A stretch of DNA of 64,000 bases from Selaginella moellendorffii (taxonomy: Eukaryota; Plantae; Lycopodiophyta). Both the position numbers and the translations under genes were made by a program. Location: NCBI RefSeq assembly GCF_000143415.4, contig NW_003314366.1, forward strand, positions 124,001-188,000, read 5' to 3'. Below, in pieces: positions 24,595-37,220 of the stretch. The notes under the pieces were generated by a model. The model ran no database searches, had not been told where the DNA came from, and worked only from the letters and a program-made list of their open reading frames with translations. Numbering within the stretch: position 1 is the first letter of the stretch; every line of letters starts with the position of its first letter.

Positions 24595-27144
24595 ATGCAT
24601 GGCTTGAAGAAGCGGTTCCGATTCTCCGGACCATCGCTCCTTCGGCAGCAGCAGCAGCAGCGGCACTTCCACGAAGATAAAGCATTTACCGGTGGCGAGT
24701 TCAATCTATGGGCTGCGGTAGTGGAAGAGCCTCAAGCACACGACTACGCTCCTCTTGCTCCTCCCACTCTTTCGGACGAAGATGTGAAGCAGAAGCTGGC
24801 AAGCCTTGAAGAGCAAAACCAAAAGTCGGGTTTTGTCGATCCTGCCGCCTACGTTTCCCTGTTGAAACAGTCTGGGGACGTCACCGCCTTGAAGACGATA
24901 CAGGCACACATCTCCCACAGCAAGCGCTTCGCCGGGGATAGATTGCTGCTCAACTGCGTAGTGGAAGCATATGGAAAGTGTGGCTGCGTCAAGGATGCAC
25001 GGCTGGTTTTCAGTTCTATCCGCCACCCCAACGTCTACTCGTGGACGATTCTTCTCGCTGCTTATGCCCAGAACGGGCATCACAAAACGGTGCTCGAGCT
25101 TCTCCGCCAAATGGACCTCTTGGGAGTGTGGCCGAATGCTGTGACTTTGGCGACAGTGATCGGTGCCGTGTCCGAGCTCGGGAACTGGGATGAGGCTCGG
25201 AAAATCCACGCCAGAGCTGCCGCTACTTGTCAACTCACGTACGACGTCGTCCTAGTGACTGCGCTGATCGACATGTATGCGAAGTGTGGCGACATCTTTC
25301 ATGCGGAGGTGGTGTTTGATCAAGCTCGCAACAAGGACTTGGCCTGCTGCAACGCCATGATCTCGGCATACATCCAACTCGGCTACACGGTCGACGCAGT
25401 GTCGACGTTTAACCGCATCCAGCCCAGCGGCCTGCAGCCAAATCAGGTGACTTACGCGCTCCTCTTCCGCGCCTGTGCCACCAACGGCGTCTACTCGGAT
25501 GCTCGCGTAGCACACATGTGTTTCATCCTCAGCAAGCTCCGCCCCGACGTGGTCGTCAACACCGCGCTGGTGAGCATGTACTCGAGGTGTGGGAGTTTGG
25601 AGGACGCGAGGAGAGTTTTCGACCGAATGCCCGGGAAGAATGTGGTGACTTGGAACGTGATGATCGCTGGTTACGCACAGGAGGGATACACAGACGAGGC
25701 TCTCCAACTTTACGTGAGCATGGAGGCTGCCGGCGTCGAGCCCGATGAGATCACCTTCGTAAACGTGCTCGAGTCATGCTCGTTGGCGGAGCATCTAGCA
25801 GCAGGCAGGGACATACACAAGCACGTCGTCGACGCCGGCTATGACTCTAGTCTCACGGTTCTCAGCGCACTCATCACCATGTACTCGGCGTGTGGAAGCT
25901 TGGGTGACGCCGTGGACGTTTTCCACAAGGGAGTAACGACACACAGCAGCGTCATCTCGTGGACAGCCATGCTCACGGCTTTAACAAGAAATGGCGAGGG
26001 GCGGAGTGCTCTGGCTCTATTCAGGAAAATGGATCTCGAGGGTGTCAGGGCCAACGTGGTGACTTTCGTGAGCACCATCGATGCGTGCTCCAGCATTGGA
26101 GCGCTGGTAGAGGGTCATGCTATCTTCGAGCGGGTGATTGTCACCGGCCATCTAATCGACGTGGTGCTCGGAACTTCGCTCATCAACTTGTATGGGAAAT
26201 GCGGCCGCCTCGACTATGCCTTGGAAGTGTTCCACTACCTGAGCTTCAAGAACATTGTTACGTGGAACACAATCCTCGCAGCGAGCTCGCAGAACGGAGA
26301 GGAGACACTGAGTGACGAGCTGCTACAGGAGATGGACCTCGACGGTGCTCAACCCAACGAGATGACGCTACTCAACATGCTCTTCGGATGCAGCCACAAC
26401 GGACTGGTCGCAAAAGCCGTGAGCTACTTCCGGTCGATGGTTTACGGCCACTGCCTCGTCCCGACGAGCGAGCACTACGGCTGCCTAGTGGATCTTCTCG
26501 GTCGCAGTGGACAGCTCGAAGAAGTGGAGGCTTTCATCAGCAGCAAGCCGTTCAGCCTCGACTCGGTGCTGTGGATGTCGCTGCTGGGATCGTGCGTGAT
26601 TCACTCGGACGTGGAGAGGGGCCTGCGAGCTGCGAGGCGTGTTCTCGGACTCGACCCGAAAAACGCGTCACCTTACGTGCTGCTGTCCAACATGTTCGCG
26701 GCCATCGGCATGCTGGACGCGGTGAAGAGCCTGGCAAAATTGGCGGGCGAGAGGGCGATGAAGAAGGAGCAGAGCCGGAGCTACATCGAAGTAAACGGGG
26801 TGGTGCACGAGTTTGGAGTGAGAGCTGGGCTGCACCGGCTGGGCGAGAAGATCGGAGCTCAGCTGCGTGAGTGGAGCGAGGAGATGGAGGAGGCGGGGTT
26901 CGTGCCGCTGCATGACGTGCGGGGGTACCACGACGAGAAGCTGGCGATTGCTTTCGGTGCGATAAGCTCGCCGCCGGGTGTGCCGCTGTTCGTCGTCAAG
27001 AACTTGCGGATGTGCGTGTGCTGCCACGGCGAGATCAAGCACATCTGCAAGATGACCGGGAGAGACATATCCGTCAGGGAAGGCAACCGCGTCCACCACT
27101 TCCGTCCTATGGACGCGAGCTGTTCGTGCGGTGATTACTGGTGA
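24595..27144 (+). CDS. PLS-class PPR protein with E and DYW domains (organellar C-to-U RNA editing factor), intronless
   Basis: P-L-S triplets, EHYGCLVDLLGRSG, PYVLLSNMF, HDEKLAIAFG, KNLRMCVCCH and terminal CSCGDYW. Confidence 0.95.
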   Translation: MHGLKKRFRFSGPSLLRQQQQQRHFHEDKAFTGGEFNLWAAVVEEPQAHDYAPLAPPTLSDEDVKQKLASLEEQNQKSGFVDPAAYVSLLKQSGDVTALKTIQAHISHSKRFAGDRLLLNCVVEAYGKCGCVKDARLVFSSIRHPNVYSWTILLAAYAQNGHHKTVLELLRQMDLLGVWPNAVTLATVIGAVSELGNWDEARKIHARAAATCQLTYDVVLVTALIDMYAKCGDIFHAEVVFDQARNKDLACCNAMISAYIQLGYTVDAVSTFNRIQPSGLQPNQVTYALLFRACATNGVYSDARVAHMCFILSKLRPDVVVNTALVSMYSRCGSLEDARRVFDRMPGKNVVTWNVMIAGYAQEGYTDEALQLYVSMEAAGVEPDEITFVNVLESCSLAEHLAAGRDIHKHVVDAGYDSSLTVLSALITMYSACGSLGDAVDVFHKGVTTHSSVISWTAMLTALTRNGEGRSALALFRKMDLEGVRANVVTFVSTIDACSSIGALVEGHAIFERVIVTGHLIDVVLGTSLINLYGKCGRLDYALEVFHYLSFKNIVTWNTILAASSQNGEETLSDELLQEMDLDGAQPNEMTLLNMLFGCSHNGLVAKAVSYFRSMVYGHCLVPTSEHYGCLVDLLGRSGQLEEVEAFISSKPFSLDSVLWMSLLGSCVIHSDVERGLRAARRVLGLDPKNASPYVLLSNMFAAIGMLDAVKSLAKLAGERAMKKEQSRSYIEVNGVVHEFGVRAGLHRLGEKIGAQLREWSEEMEEAGFVPLHDVRGYHDEKLAIAFGAISSPPGVPLFVVKNLRMCVCCHGEIKHICKMTGRDISVREGNRVHHFRPMDASCSCGDYW

Positions 27145-28554
27145 CACACACGGGACAGATGCAACGAAGTTGACGATCATGGCTCCATCTTGGTTTATTT
27201 ATTGTCTTTCCGGAGGGGCCAGGGGCGTGTTGCTGCTACTGCTGCTGGTGCCATCTTTAATCGGGTACGTCGTGTGCCTTGAATCTGCTCAGGTGAAAGC
27301 TCGCCAAAAGGTACGATGGTGTCTTTCATTATTACGTAGGAGAGTGCTGACTGTGGTATTTATGTCCACCACCAGGTGAAACAAGTCAAGGAGCGGAGTA
27401 AAACTTGAGCAGCCAAGGTGAGGATGGGAAGCTATCAACATTCATTCTTTTATTCGGCTCACTCACGCTCACGAGGCAAGTGACTCTCGCCAGCCACCGT
27501 AGCATTTCTCGCATGAGCTTCTTGGGTTGGGAGTCTTGACTTTCTGTATAGCTCGTCTATTCTATTAAGTGCATCCATTTCGATTCTTGGATTGTTGGCC
27601 CACTGCGTCATGAGAAGCTACAGGGACCTTTGAGAGATGGTGACGAGATGAGATGTGAGAGGACAGGACGCATTCTCCTTTGTTTATTTGTTGCTTTGCT
27701 ATGGAAGTGTAGTGTAGGGCCTCTAGCGAGCAAGTTGGAGAGAGCAAAGCTTTTCCGAGATAGATAGATAGATACTTTTTCTCTTCACTTTGTCACTGGA
27801 TGATGAGACCTGGCAGACATTCACATTCTTTTTCTGCTTTGCATTTGTTGAGAGGCGATGTCAAAAGAACTGTAGTGAGAAGCAGACAAGCAAGTTGGAA
27901 TCTGGCTTTTGGAGGCTTTACATTAACAATCGCCAAGTGTTTTTTCTGTAGGATAAGCAGCAAGGAAGGAAAAAGATATACAAAAACAAAGCTGGCAGCC
28001 AGTCGAATAAAAACAGGACTGCGAAGGCGAGCTCAACACAGGCACAGCTATGGCGGGCGAGAGCGAGCGAGCAAGGTGTCGCTGTTAATGCTCCTCTGCG
28101 AAGGAAAACAACACCAACACCATGTAGGGGCTCGCTCTTTTTTTTTTTTTTTTTTGAGGGGAGCTATAGATACATTGATAGATCCTTGGTGGCGTTGTAA
28201 ATTCCTCCACAAGACGAACAACTGGCTGGCTGCTGCCGCTATACAGTGAGTCACAAGCTCTGAATGCCCAGTGGAGTTAATTTCTTCTGTCGCAGAAACA
28301 ACCATCACCACCGAACGGAGAAGCAAAGCTTATAGCTTAAGTCCTACTCTCTCTCCCTCACACACCCTCTCTCTCTTTAGAGAGACTGGTGCTGCCACAC
28401 AACATTACTGCCAATCACTTTAACTTGGACCAAGTCTCTTTCACGGGACGGAGAAGAGAGAAGAGAGAAGAGAGGGTTCTTCCTTTCCTCTTTTCCTTTG
28501 CCAACCAGTGTGTAAGTATCTTGCTCCTCTGGATCGGCGGACTTTGGGAATACC

Positions 28555-28557
<3 letters not shown>

Positions 28558-28586
<29 letters not shown>
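28558..28586. repeat. (CT)n microsatellite / GAGA element in the RLK 5' leader
   Basis: Perfect CT run. Confidence 0.9.
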
Positions 28587-28588
<2 letters not shown>

Positions 28589-28741
28589 CTCGGGGGTTTT
28601 AGGTTCTTCTCTCACTCTCAGTCTCAGTCTCACTTTGGAATGGAAATGCTGGTCGACCCAAGCAGCAGCAGCAGCTAGATTGGAAGCACTCTTTTTTTCC
28701 GCTCTTTCTCGTTTGGGCTCGGGGGCAGCGACAATGATCAT

Positions 28742-31342
28742 ATGGAGCCTTCTATGAGTTTGTGGAGCTCAGTGGTACTGTTAGGAGCTCTGGCGCTATG
28801 GAATACGGGCACGCTCTCCGTCTTTGCACAGCCTGGAGCTGGTAACTATCGCTACATAGGCTTCTCCTCTTGGATCATCCTTAGTCTCGTTTTTCCAGCG
28901 GATGCCTTGCAGGCTTTCAAGCACGCTCTTGGGGATCCACCGCAACTTCGCAGCTGGATGGGCGATGATCCTTGCTCGGCTTCGTCGTCATGGAGAGGAA
29001 TCAAATGTGGTGGAGATAGCCGCGCCGTTGTCTCGCTGTAAGTAGTTCAACTTCTTTTCTTTCTCCGCGAAGAACAAACAGTGGAAAAAAAATGTTTCCA
29101 AACTCCAGGACGTTGTCAGCTCTGGGGCTTCGCGGATTGCTATCGTCGGAACTGGAGAAGCTGAGCAGCCTGGTTATCCTGTAAGTTTTTGGCCGCCGCT
29201 CTCGTTTGGTTGGATATCATGGATGATAATCACGACAAGGTTTGTGCAGATGGCTAGATGGTAACCATCTCTATGGAACAATCCCCTCTGGTCTTGGTAA
29301 ATTGAAGAACCTAACTTCTCTGTAGGTCCTTCTCTTTTGGATTCACGTTCCTTGAAAAGAATATGTACTGTGTGCTTGTTTTGCTTTAGATTCTTCAAAG
29401 CCTTGTTCTTGGCTCGTTGCTCAAACTTTTGCTACGTTTCCTTTTGCTGGTTTTGTTTGCAGGCGTCTATCTGGAAATCATCTGAGCGGACAAGTCCCAG
29501 CAGCATTCGCAACATTGCCCAACTTGAAAGAGCTGTAAGTTCTACGTAAAGTTGGGATTGTTTTCGTAACTTTTTGTCTTTCTCAGCTTTCTGGATGGCA
29601 ACTCGCTCAACATTTCATGGTCCTCGAAGCTTTCGACGAATGTAAGGTAAGCTCATTTCAGTTCCTAAAGCCGGAGGTCGAGTAACTTCAACTGTGCTTG
29701 ATTCAGGCTGAGCGAAAACCTGGATTCATGTCCAGCATGCTCCCCTTCTCTGGCACCAGCTCTGGTGTTTGGTCCCGGCGAGGGAATGCCTCAAAACCAA
29801 GATGGTGGCCACAAATCTCACGCTGGTGCCATTGCTGGAGCAGTAGTCGGCGCGGTGGTTCTCGTCGCAATCTCAATTGGACTGGTGTCACTGTGCTTGA
29901 TGCGCGTGAGGCACTGGCCGAGTGCTACTTCCGACACCGCCTCCTCAGATCCTTCCGCTCAAGGTAACCATTTGAAGTATGATCATAAGTAGCGTTCTAA
30001 GAGTTCTTTCCTGAGTGCGTAGTGGACTGGGCCAAAGGAAGAGCCGAAAGTTCTCTAACAGAAGGAGCGATCGCCGCAGCCGTGGAAGCCCAGCATGCAA
30101 AGCAGTTTGCGTTTCAAGAGCTCGACCATGCAACCAAGGGATTTAATCCATCCAACCTGATTGGGAGAGGACGCTTTGGTTTAGTCTACAAAGGATTGCT
30201 TGAAGATGGAACTATAGTGGCCATCAAGACGCGAGCTAGCGCTCCTACACAAGAGTTTGTCACGGAGGTAAAGACATAGTTAACAAGATCTCGCACAACC
30301 AACGCTCTTGCTTCTTCATGCAGGTCGTTAATCTGTCCCAGCTTCGCCATAAGAATGTGGTTAGTCTGCTTGGTTTTTGCCAGGAACACGACCACCAAAT
30401 GCTTGTTTATGATTATCTGCCCAATGGGAGTGTTTCAAGTCATTTATGTGGTACGTAGCTGGCCTCCCTTGTCTTGCTGGATCTAACTTTGGGATAGATC
30501 CTAATGGGAATCCAACTGGAGAGCTGGATTTCAAGCAACGCGTAGCAATTGCATTGGGTGCTGCCAGAGGTGCTGATGTGATTCTCTAGGATTGTGTACT
30601 AACTTGCGGCTATGGATCAGGATTGGAATATTTACATTCTGGGAATCCACCCCGCGTGCACCAAGACTTCAAGACAAGCAACGTGCTCCTGGACGAGAAC
30701 TTGGTGGCGAAAGTTACGGATGTAGGCCTGTCCAAGCTGCTGGTGACGAGCCACAACGCAATGCCATCAGCAAATGGCTCCAGCAGCCACTTCGCAGATC
30801 CGGCAGCAGTGTGAGTAGCCATGCATCCATCTCTGGGTTTTTCTTCCTCTCATTCTCTTGTCTCTCTCGTCAGATATAACACGTACCGCGTGGATCCAAA
30901 GAGCGACGTCTACAGCTATGGTGTGTTCCTGCTTGAGCTCATAAGCGGGCGACAAGCAATAAACCGGAGCCGACCAGCACAGCCTTCTCCCGGCATCGTG
31001 GAATGGGTGAGTAGCGTCGCTTTCGCCAATATGGCTCGATCTCCTGGTGGAGCTCACACGCAGTGCGTCGTTTGTGGAACTTAACTTACACAGGCACGGT
31101 CGCTCCAGGAATCGTCGAGTAGTATGGAGGGAATGGTGGACAAGAGCTTGGTAGGGACGGAAGAAGCGGGCACTTTGTTGCTGCTGGGCCTCCACTGTAC
31201 AGCCCAGAGTCCAGAGAAGAGGCCCACGATGAGTCAAGTGTCACAGCAAGTGGAGCGCATTCTGGACAAGGAGAGAGGCGGCATCGTCGCAGCCGGCGAG
31301 GGCGCGACGGTAGTGACTCTGGGAAGCGAGCTCTTCAAGTAA
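28742..31342 (+). CDS. Short-ectodomain LRR receptor-like kinase, non-RD with atypical kinase motifs
   Basis: Signal peptide; LRRNT ([15 protein letters not shown]); 3-4 LRRs encoded one per exon; [26 protein letters not shown]; kinase [26 protein letters not shown]; C-terminus VTLGSELFK*. Confidence 0.88.
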
Positions 31343-31574
31343 ATCCAAAGGTTGACGGACTAAGATCTTATATAACTTGGAGCTTCTCTCCTTGCTTCCT
31401 TTGCTTGCTTCTTTTTTTTTCCAGTCAGAGCGCGGATACAAATCCTGTCACTTACTTTGTCTTGGCCTGAAGCGTTCAAACAATCGACTTTTTTCGCTCT
31501 CAAGAGGACTCCGTCATACCCGTGCACCACTTGAGCATAAAGCAAGAACAAGTTTTTCATGTTTTGTTTTTCGT

Positions 31575-33119
31575 ATGAGCGGCGGCAGGGAGTACGTATC
31601 TGCGGCAGCGCCATCTCCGCTTTCTGCTGGTGGTGATGGCTCCGGATCGCCTGATATGTCCAAGCTCATTGCTGGGATTTGTCTGGTGATCCTCACTTAC
31701 ACTTCCTGCTTGGTCACCATTGTGCTCCTGTGGAGGAAGAGGATGCAAATTCGGCAGGAGCAGGATCAAGAGAGCTACACGGACGCTCGTGGCTCTCGAG
31801 ATCTTTTCCATCATGGTTTATATATGCAGCCATGGTTCCAAAATCTGCTAACTCGTGCTTTTCTATGAAATCCTAGAGAACAGCGGCGACATGGAAAGGA
31901 GATTGGAGCGCTACACGTTTCTGCAGCTACACAAGGCCACCCAAGGCTTTCATCTCAAGAACAAGCTCGGCCAAGGTGGATTTGGAGAAGTCTACAAGGT
32001 ACGTAAAGATACCATAGATCGATCACTCGGACCAGAACTTCTCAATCAGGGAGTGCTGGAAAAGGAGGGGATCGTGGCGATCAAGCAGCTGATGCGAGCG
32101 CCAAACCGTCCACAGCAAGGTGCCGAGTTCATCAACGAGGTCTCCATGATCTCCTTTGTCCAGCACAAAAACTTGGTGAGACTGCTGGGCTTTTGTGCCG
32201 AGGGCGAGAATCGTCTCCTCGTCTACGAGTTTATGGAGAACAACAGCCTCTCGAAAATCTTACTTGGAGGTATCTGGTTCTTCGAAACTACTAAATATTC
32301 ACTTTTCAAGATTTTTTAAAATTGTTGCAAGGTCGCTTATTCGTTGACTGGAGCGATCGATTCAAAATATGCGTTGGAGTGGCTCGTGGACTGGCTTACC
32401 TGCATGAGGAGTCCACAATCAAGATGATCCATCGCGATATCAAAGCGGGCAACGTACTCTTGGACAGGGACTTGAATCCAAAAATTTCGGATTTTGGGCT
32501 GGCAAAGCTCATGGAAGCTGGTTGCTCTCACCTCAGCACTGGAGTTGTCGGAACTTGGTACAATTTCCTCTTCAAAAGCTTGCAACTCTGATGATTCTTT
32601 ACGTGTTTTTTAATACAGTGGCTACGTTGCTCCAGAATATTTGTTCACTAGCCAGCTCACGGAGAAGGCAGATGTCTACGCATTTGGAATCCTTGCTCTC
32701 GAGATTGTAAGTGGGCGACCAAACATGAACCTGGAGCTGCCTGACGAGGAAATCTTCCTTCTCGACCGGGTGAGAAACAAAAACCAAGCTTGATGAACTT
32801 TCTAACGCTGAACTGAAGTTAGCGATCACAGGCATGGACTTTGTTCGAGGGTGGTCGTTTGCTCTCTCTCGTGGACACGAGGCTTGTAATTTCATGCGCG
32901 GCAGCAGAAGTGGAGAGGGTGGTGATGGTTGCTCTCCACTGCACGCAGGCCTCTCCCTCGGCACGGCCATCCATGAGTAGCGTCGTTGGCATGCTCCTGG
33001 GAAACCTCACCGTCACCACGGAAGTCGTCAAGCCAGGATTCATTCGCGATCTCAGGAACTCGCAACGAAGACTTTGCACTAGCAACACAAGTGTTTTGCG
33101 TGTGTGTCCGTCTTCCTAG
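31575..33119 (+). CDS. Membrane-anchored RD receptor-like kinase with essentially no ectodomain (DLSV/LRR-VIII-like kinase)
   Basis: N-terminal [28 protein letters not shown]; [29 protein letters not shown] and GYVAPEY. The 3' end is approximate. Confidence 0.85.
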
Positions 33120-33154
33120 GGCTTTCTTTCTAGGAATGTAATTTCGATGATAGC

Positions 33155-34245
33155 ATGGCGACGGTGACCTTGCTGCTACATTTTGTTCCAAGCTCAAGAA
33201 CAAGTAAGTGATGGTGGCTATCTAGAATTCACTCTAGTTTGCATAGGCATAACAGCGTCAAGGAACCGCCAAAGGTCGAACAAAGTTTCTGGCGATAAGC
33301 CAGCACAAGAAAAGCTTTCAATCCCGGCGCCATCGGAAGCACGAGAAAGCCCAATAGCATCTAAGGCAACGGCAGCACCGGCAAAGCGAGAAGCTGTGCT
33401 CAAAGCTTGTTTCCTCACGTCTGCTGGACTCGCCGCGGCAGGCTTGGCTCTCCGACAGGTAAATGGAATCATTCCAGAAATCTTACCAAAGAGAAAACAA
33501 GCAGGCCTCTCATTCTCTGGAATTTCTGTCGAGGGATTGTACAAGTTTGCTCGGATGTAAGCCTTTCTAGTTTACATATTTATTGTTCTTCGTCTTTTTC
33601 TCGTCTTGTGTATAGATGAGTTTCATCCGTGGCATTTTGGAGCAACTATAGGCCTTGTAGCGTTTATATCTGCGCTACGACTGGGATTGCTGGCGACCTG
33701 GCCAGACTTTGCTCAGTCGACCAAGACTGCGAACGAGCGGGTAAACTTTAATCGCGAGTATAGTAGCATTCCAAATCGTGGCGTCAGCACAGGTTTTGTC
33801 ATCCCTGGGGACGTGGGACTGTGCCGCAGTCGCGTTCTCCTCCGGCGTGGGTGAGGTACTCTAGGCTCCAAACTTTTCTTGTTTTAAGTCTTTCTTTTGT
33901 ATACACAGGAGCTTTTGTTTCGAGGTGCATTGCTACCACTTGTTGGAATGGATGCCAAGGGAGTTTTCGTCTCTGGAATTGTTTTTGGAGCCCTGCATGT
34001 TACAGGTGGTAGAAACATTGCCTTCGCAACATGGTAAGCTTTTTGTGCCAGCAGTTATATTTGATAAGAACTTTCCTGTTGGTTTGTTCTCCAGGGCGTC
34101 TTTCGTTGGGCTGCTTTACGGCTTTGCAGCCGTGTGGACATCGGACTTATGCGTGCCTATGCTTGCTCACTCGTCTGCAAATCTGGTAGCCGCTCTGTAC
34201 TGGAAGTATAATAACGCCCGAGAAAATCGTCGACTTGATGTTTGA
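33155..34245 (+). CDS. CPBP/Abi (type II CAAX protease-like) intramembrane metalloprotease, probably plastid-targeted
   Basis: EELLFRGALLP, FGALHVTGGR and PMLAHSSANLVAA motifs; basic transit-like N-terminus. Confidence 0.85.
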
Positions 34246-36970
34246 CGGGTTTGTCTGAATCCTCGTACTCTTCTCCATCTTTTCAATTTCTTGGTTTGAC
34301 ATCTATAACTGTATAGCCGGAAGCTGACTGAGAGGCATCTATCATGTCCAAGGATGTCATCCGCAAGGCGTTCATATATAGATAGATAAGTATGCGTCAA
34401 AGGAGCTTGCTTTCTTTCTAGCTCTAGCTTTCGGCACAAAGCACAGACGAGGGAACTAAAATTTGGATTCGATCGTGTCTTGCTAGCTACTGGTGGTTGG
34501 ATTGGCAGCCATCCATCCATTCTTTTGGTTTGTTGTTTTGCTCCAGCGAGGTGAGGTGAGTTGAGATGCGGTAGGCCTGGGCCCTTTCCTCCAGACAAAC
34601 CGTGGCTCACACAAACAACTCGTTTTGTTGTGTTGTGTTACTTGCAGAGACGGGATTGCATCGCCCATCAAATCCACTGCGTCCCCACGACAAAGGGGAA
34701 AAGGTGGAAGCTTCTCGTGTCATGGATCGACTCGCACGGATTGGAACTTTAGCAACGCGCTTGAGGGGAAGTTTTTGTATTCGAAGCTCTCGTCCAAAAT
34801 CCCTGCGTGCACACACGGTGTAAAGGTCACTCTTTGTTACAATTCTTTCGGCGACTAGTCTGCTCTTCTCTATAGCCAGGGAACGGACACACTTTCACAC
34901 AAAACTCAAAACTTTCAGAAAAGCCACCACCCTCTCAATCAGGCACACATCTGTAAGCGTTGCAACAGGACCAAAAGAAAGAGAATCCCCGGCATCACAA
35001 GCAGCCGAGCACATGAAAACACGATCCTTTCTCCCCAAGTCAATGCACTGCAAAAGAGACCCAACTTTCCCGTCTTTCAAACACGCTAGTCTCCCCGAAT
35101 ATAAATTTGCCAAAAACCAAACCATGTAGCCATGCAAATGTAGAGACAAAAGCTTCCAATGCCGCGTTGTTTCAGACTGTTCAGACCATTTTATATTTAT
35201 ATTTCCCAACCAAGTTACTTTTAAACCGCCATAGTTAGTCCTTGGTTAGCCCGCGCTCCCGATTCCCATCCATATAACGTAGCGACGGCATTTCAATCTC
35301 TTTATTCTTCCATGCCCGCTGGACACATTACGTATATTTCTTGCAAGTGTCGTCTTGTACAAGTTGCTAGACAGTTTACGACCCCGTATTTGGGAGCAGA
35401 TTCCCACCACCACGTACCGATGATTCATGCATGCATATAAAAGTTTGTAAGTAGCATTTGGGGTCATTCATATGCCGGGAAGTATCTTTGTGTCCGTGTG
35501 GCCACAGCCCTGTCAAAATATGACCGAAACCATGGAAGCTCGAGCCGAAACAATGCATTTTAAACACAATATGCAAATCTAGTGCCGCACACACTTCCAT
35601 GAACGCATGTAGTCTCTCCTTGTATATACGTGGCGAATATATGTGTACGACGTGGGACCTCAAGATCTCACTTCTTATCAACTCAGGGACCCTACAGTAG
35701 TACCTACTAGTTCTAAGCAGTGGAAACATGAAACATTGGCCATCCTTGATATGGTCTACATAATATATATAAATTTGCTCTTGCTTGCCCTCCATGTTGT
35801 ACAAACAAGAGGCCCAATTCTTGTCACCATCACTTACGATGCTACTTTCTCGACAATGTCAAATTTTTATAGGTATGATCCTCCATCTACCTAGATTGCT
35901 TCCACTCCCTCGAGCCAGAAAGAAGCAGTATAGATTGTTACAGCCAGGCTTCCTTCCTTTGTTGGGATGTCTTCCTAAGCTTTCTTTTTCTCGCCTTGAT
36001 CGCTTCAATCGCTGTCAGCATACACCAGCTCAAGAATTTGGACCTACTAACTATTTGTTTTAACTGCTCGAGGCGGTTCCAAGGGGGGATAGTTTGCATT
36101 CTTCCAGGCCTAAAGGCCGGTCAATATGCATACTGGCGAGGTCAATTGAAGCTCCCAAAAGCAAGTCATGATTAGTTAAACGGAAGTCAAGCCAGGATTT
36201 TTACGTTGATTCATGCGAGAGGAAGTTTTCTAAAATTCTCTAGAATTTGCTATGCAAAATCTGCAATCATGAACCTTTCTACGTGTGATGTTTGAGTTTT
36301 TGAGATTCCAGAAGATATACCCATCATCTCAACTGGCCAAAAGTCTTCTTCGAGCAAACTTGTCTTTGTTGGGAAGACCAAAGCGCCATCCTTACACTCA
36401 TGGCATTCTGCCTTTCTACCAGCAGTAGCATATGTCTAATACATGCAGTAGTGAATGAAGATTACATAAAAAAAAAGTCAAGAACATTGTTGTTTTGATT
36501 TGCACTTCGGGCTGTTTACTTATTAGTCTCAGCAGATTACACTCGAAAACAGTTTATTACCGATCATTCTTCGGGTATATTCAAACAAACTTCTGGTCTG
36601 ATGTTAATACCATTTCTGCCTTAAATTCTGCCCCTGAAGTCACATTCGCATTCTGGAAGCAAGCAGCAAAACAGAACGGGGTGAAGTAATAAACAGTTGC
36701 AATTCGCGGGGGAAGGGCTGTCATCGGGTTGCGGCCTTGTTCACGACAACCACAAAATTCTTTTTTATCTGCCCGGGGAAATATGCCCCGCGTACTATTT
36801 TACCTGATCAGCTGTCAAAGTAAATATTTTCGCAGGCTATTTAACGATAACATTCCTTTCAACCTCCTGCACCCCGCATTTGTTTATTCCCCCTGGTTAA
36901 AAACACTCCATACGTACGGAAGGGGCGCCTCTACAAGTACACCTACACAATGGCCATTGTGTGTCATAAT

Positions 36971-37220
36971 ATGCATGCATGGGGGAAGCCACGTGGGCGC
37001 GGTACATGCATGCATGGGGGCCCATGTAAGTCAAGGGCATCGCGACATGCCATGGCTATCACATCGCATGGCCCGGCAGCTTTCCGTACCGTCTGCCCAA
37101 AGCACATGGCCAAAACGCGGACGCGGGACGCCTGACGGAATATTCGCGCGTGGGGCATGGAAAGTTCCACGTCGCCACGTAGGCCACCCCTGGCGATGGC
37201 AACGCAATGCGTGCATGGAA
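36971..37220. promoter_or_regulatory. Cluster of RY (CATGCATG) and G-box/ABRE elements upstream of FAMA
   Basis: ATGCATGCATGGGGG at 36971 and 37006 flanks CCACGTGG (36989); CCACGTC and CCACGTAG at ~37167-37182; many further CATG sites. Confidence 0.55.

Noticed and set aside
27131-27410. Possible small gene after the DYW-PPR (poly-Leu, or Cys-rich GACCCYCCWC frame, with splice-like sites)
   Set aside because: Arises from a (CTG)n-like tract; no consistent model; may be 3' UTR introns.
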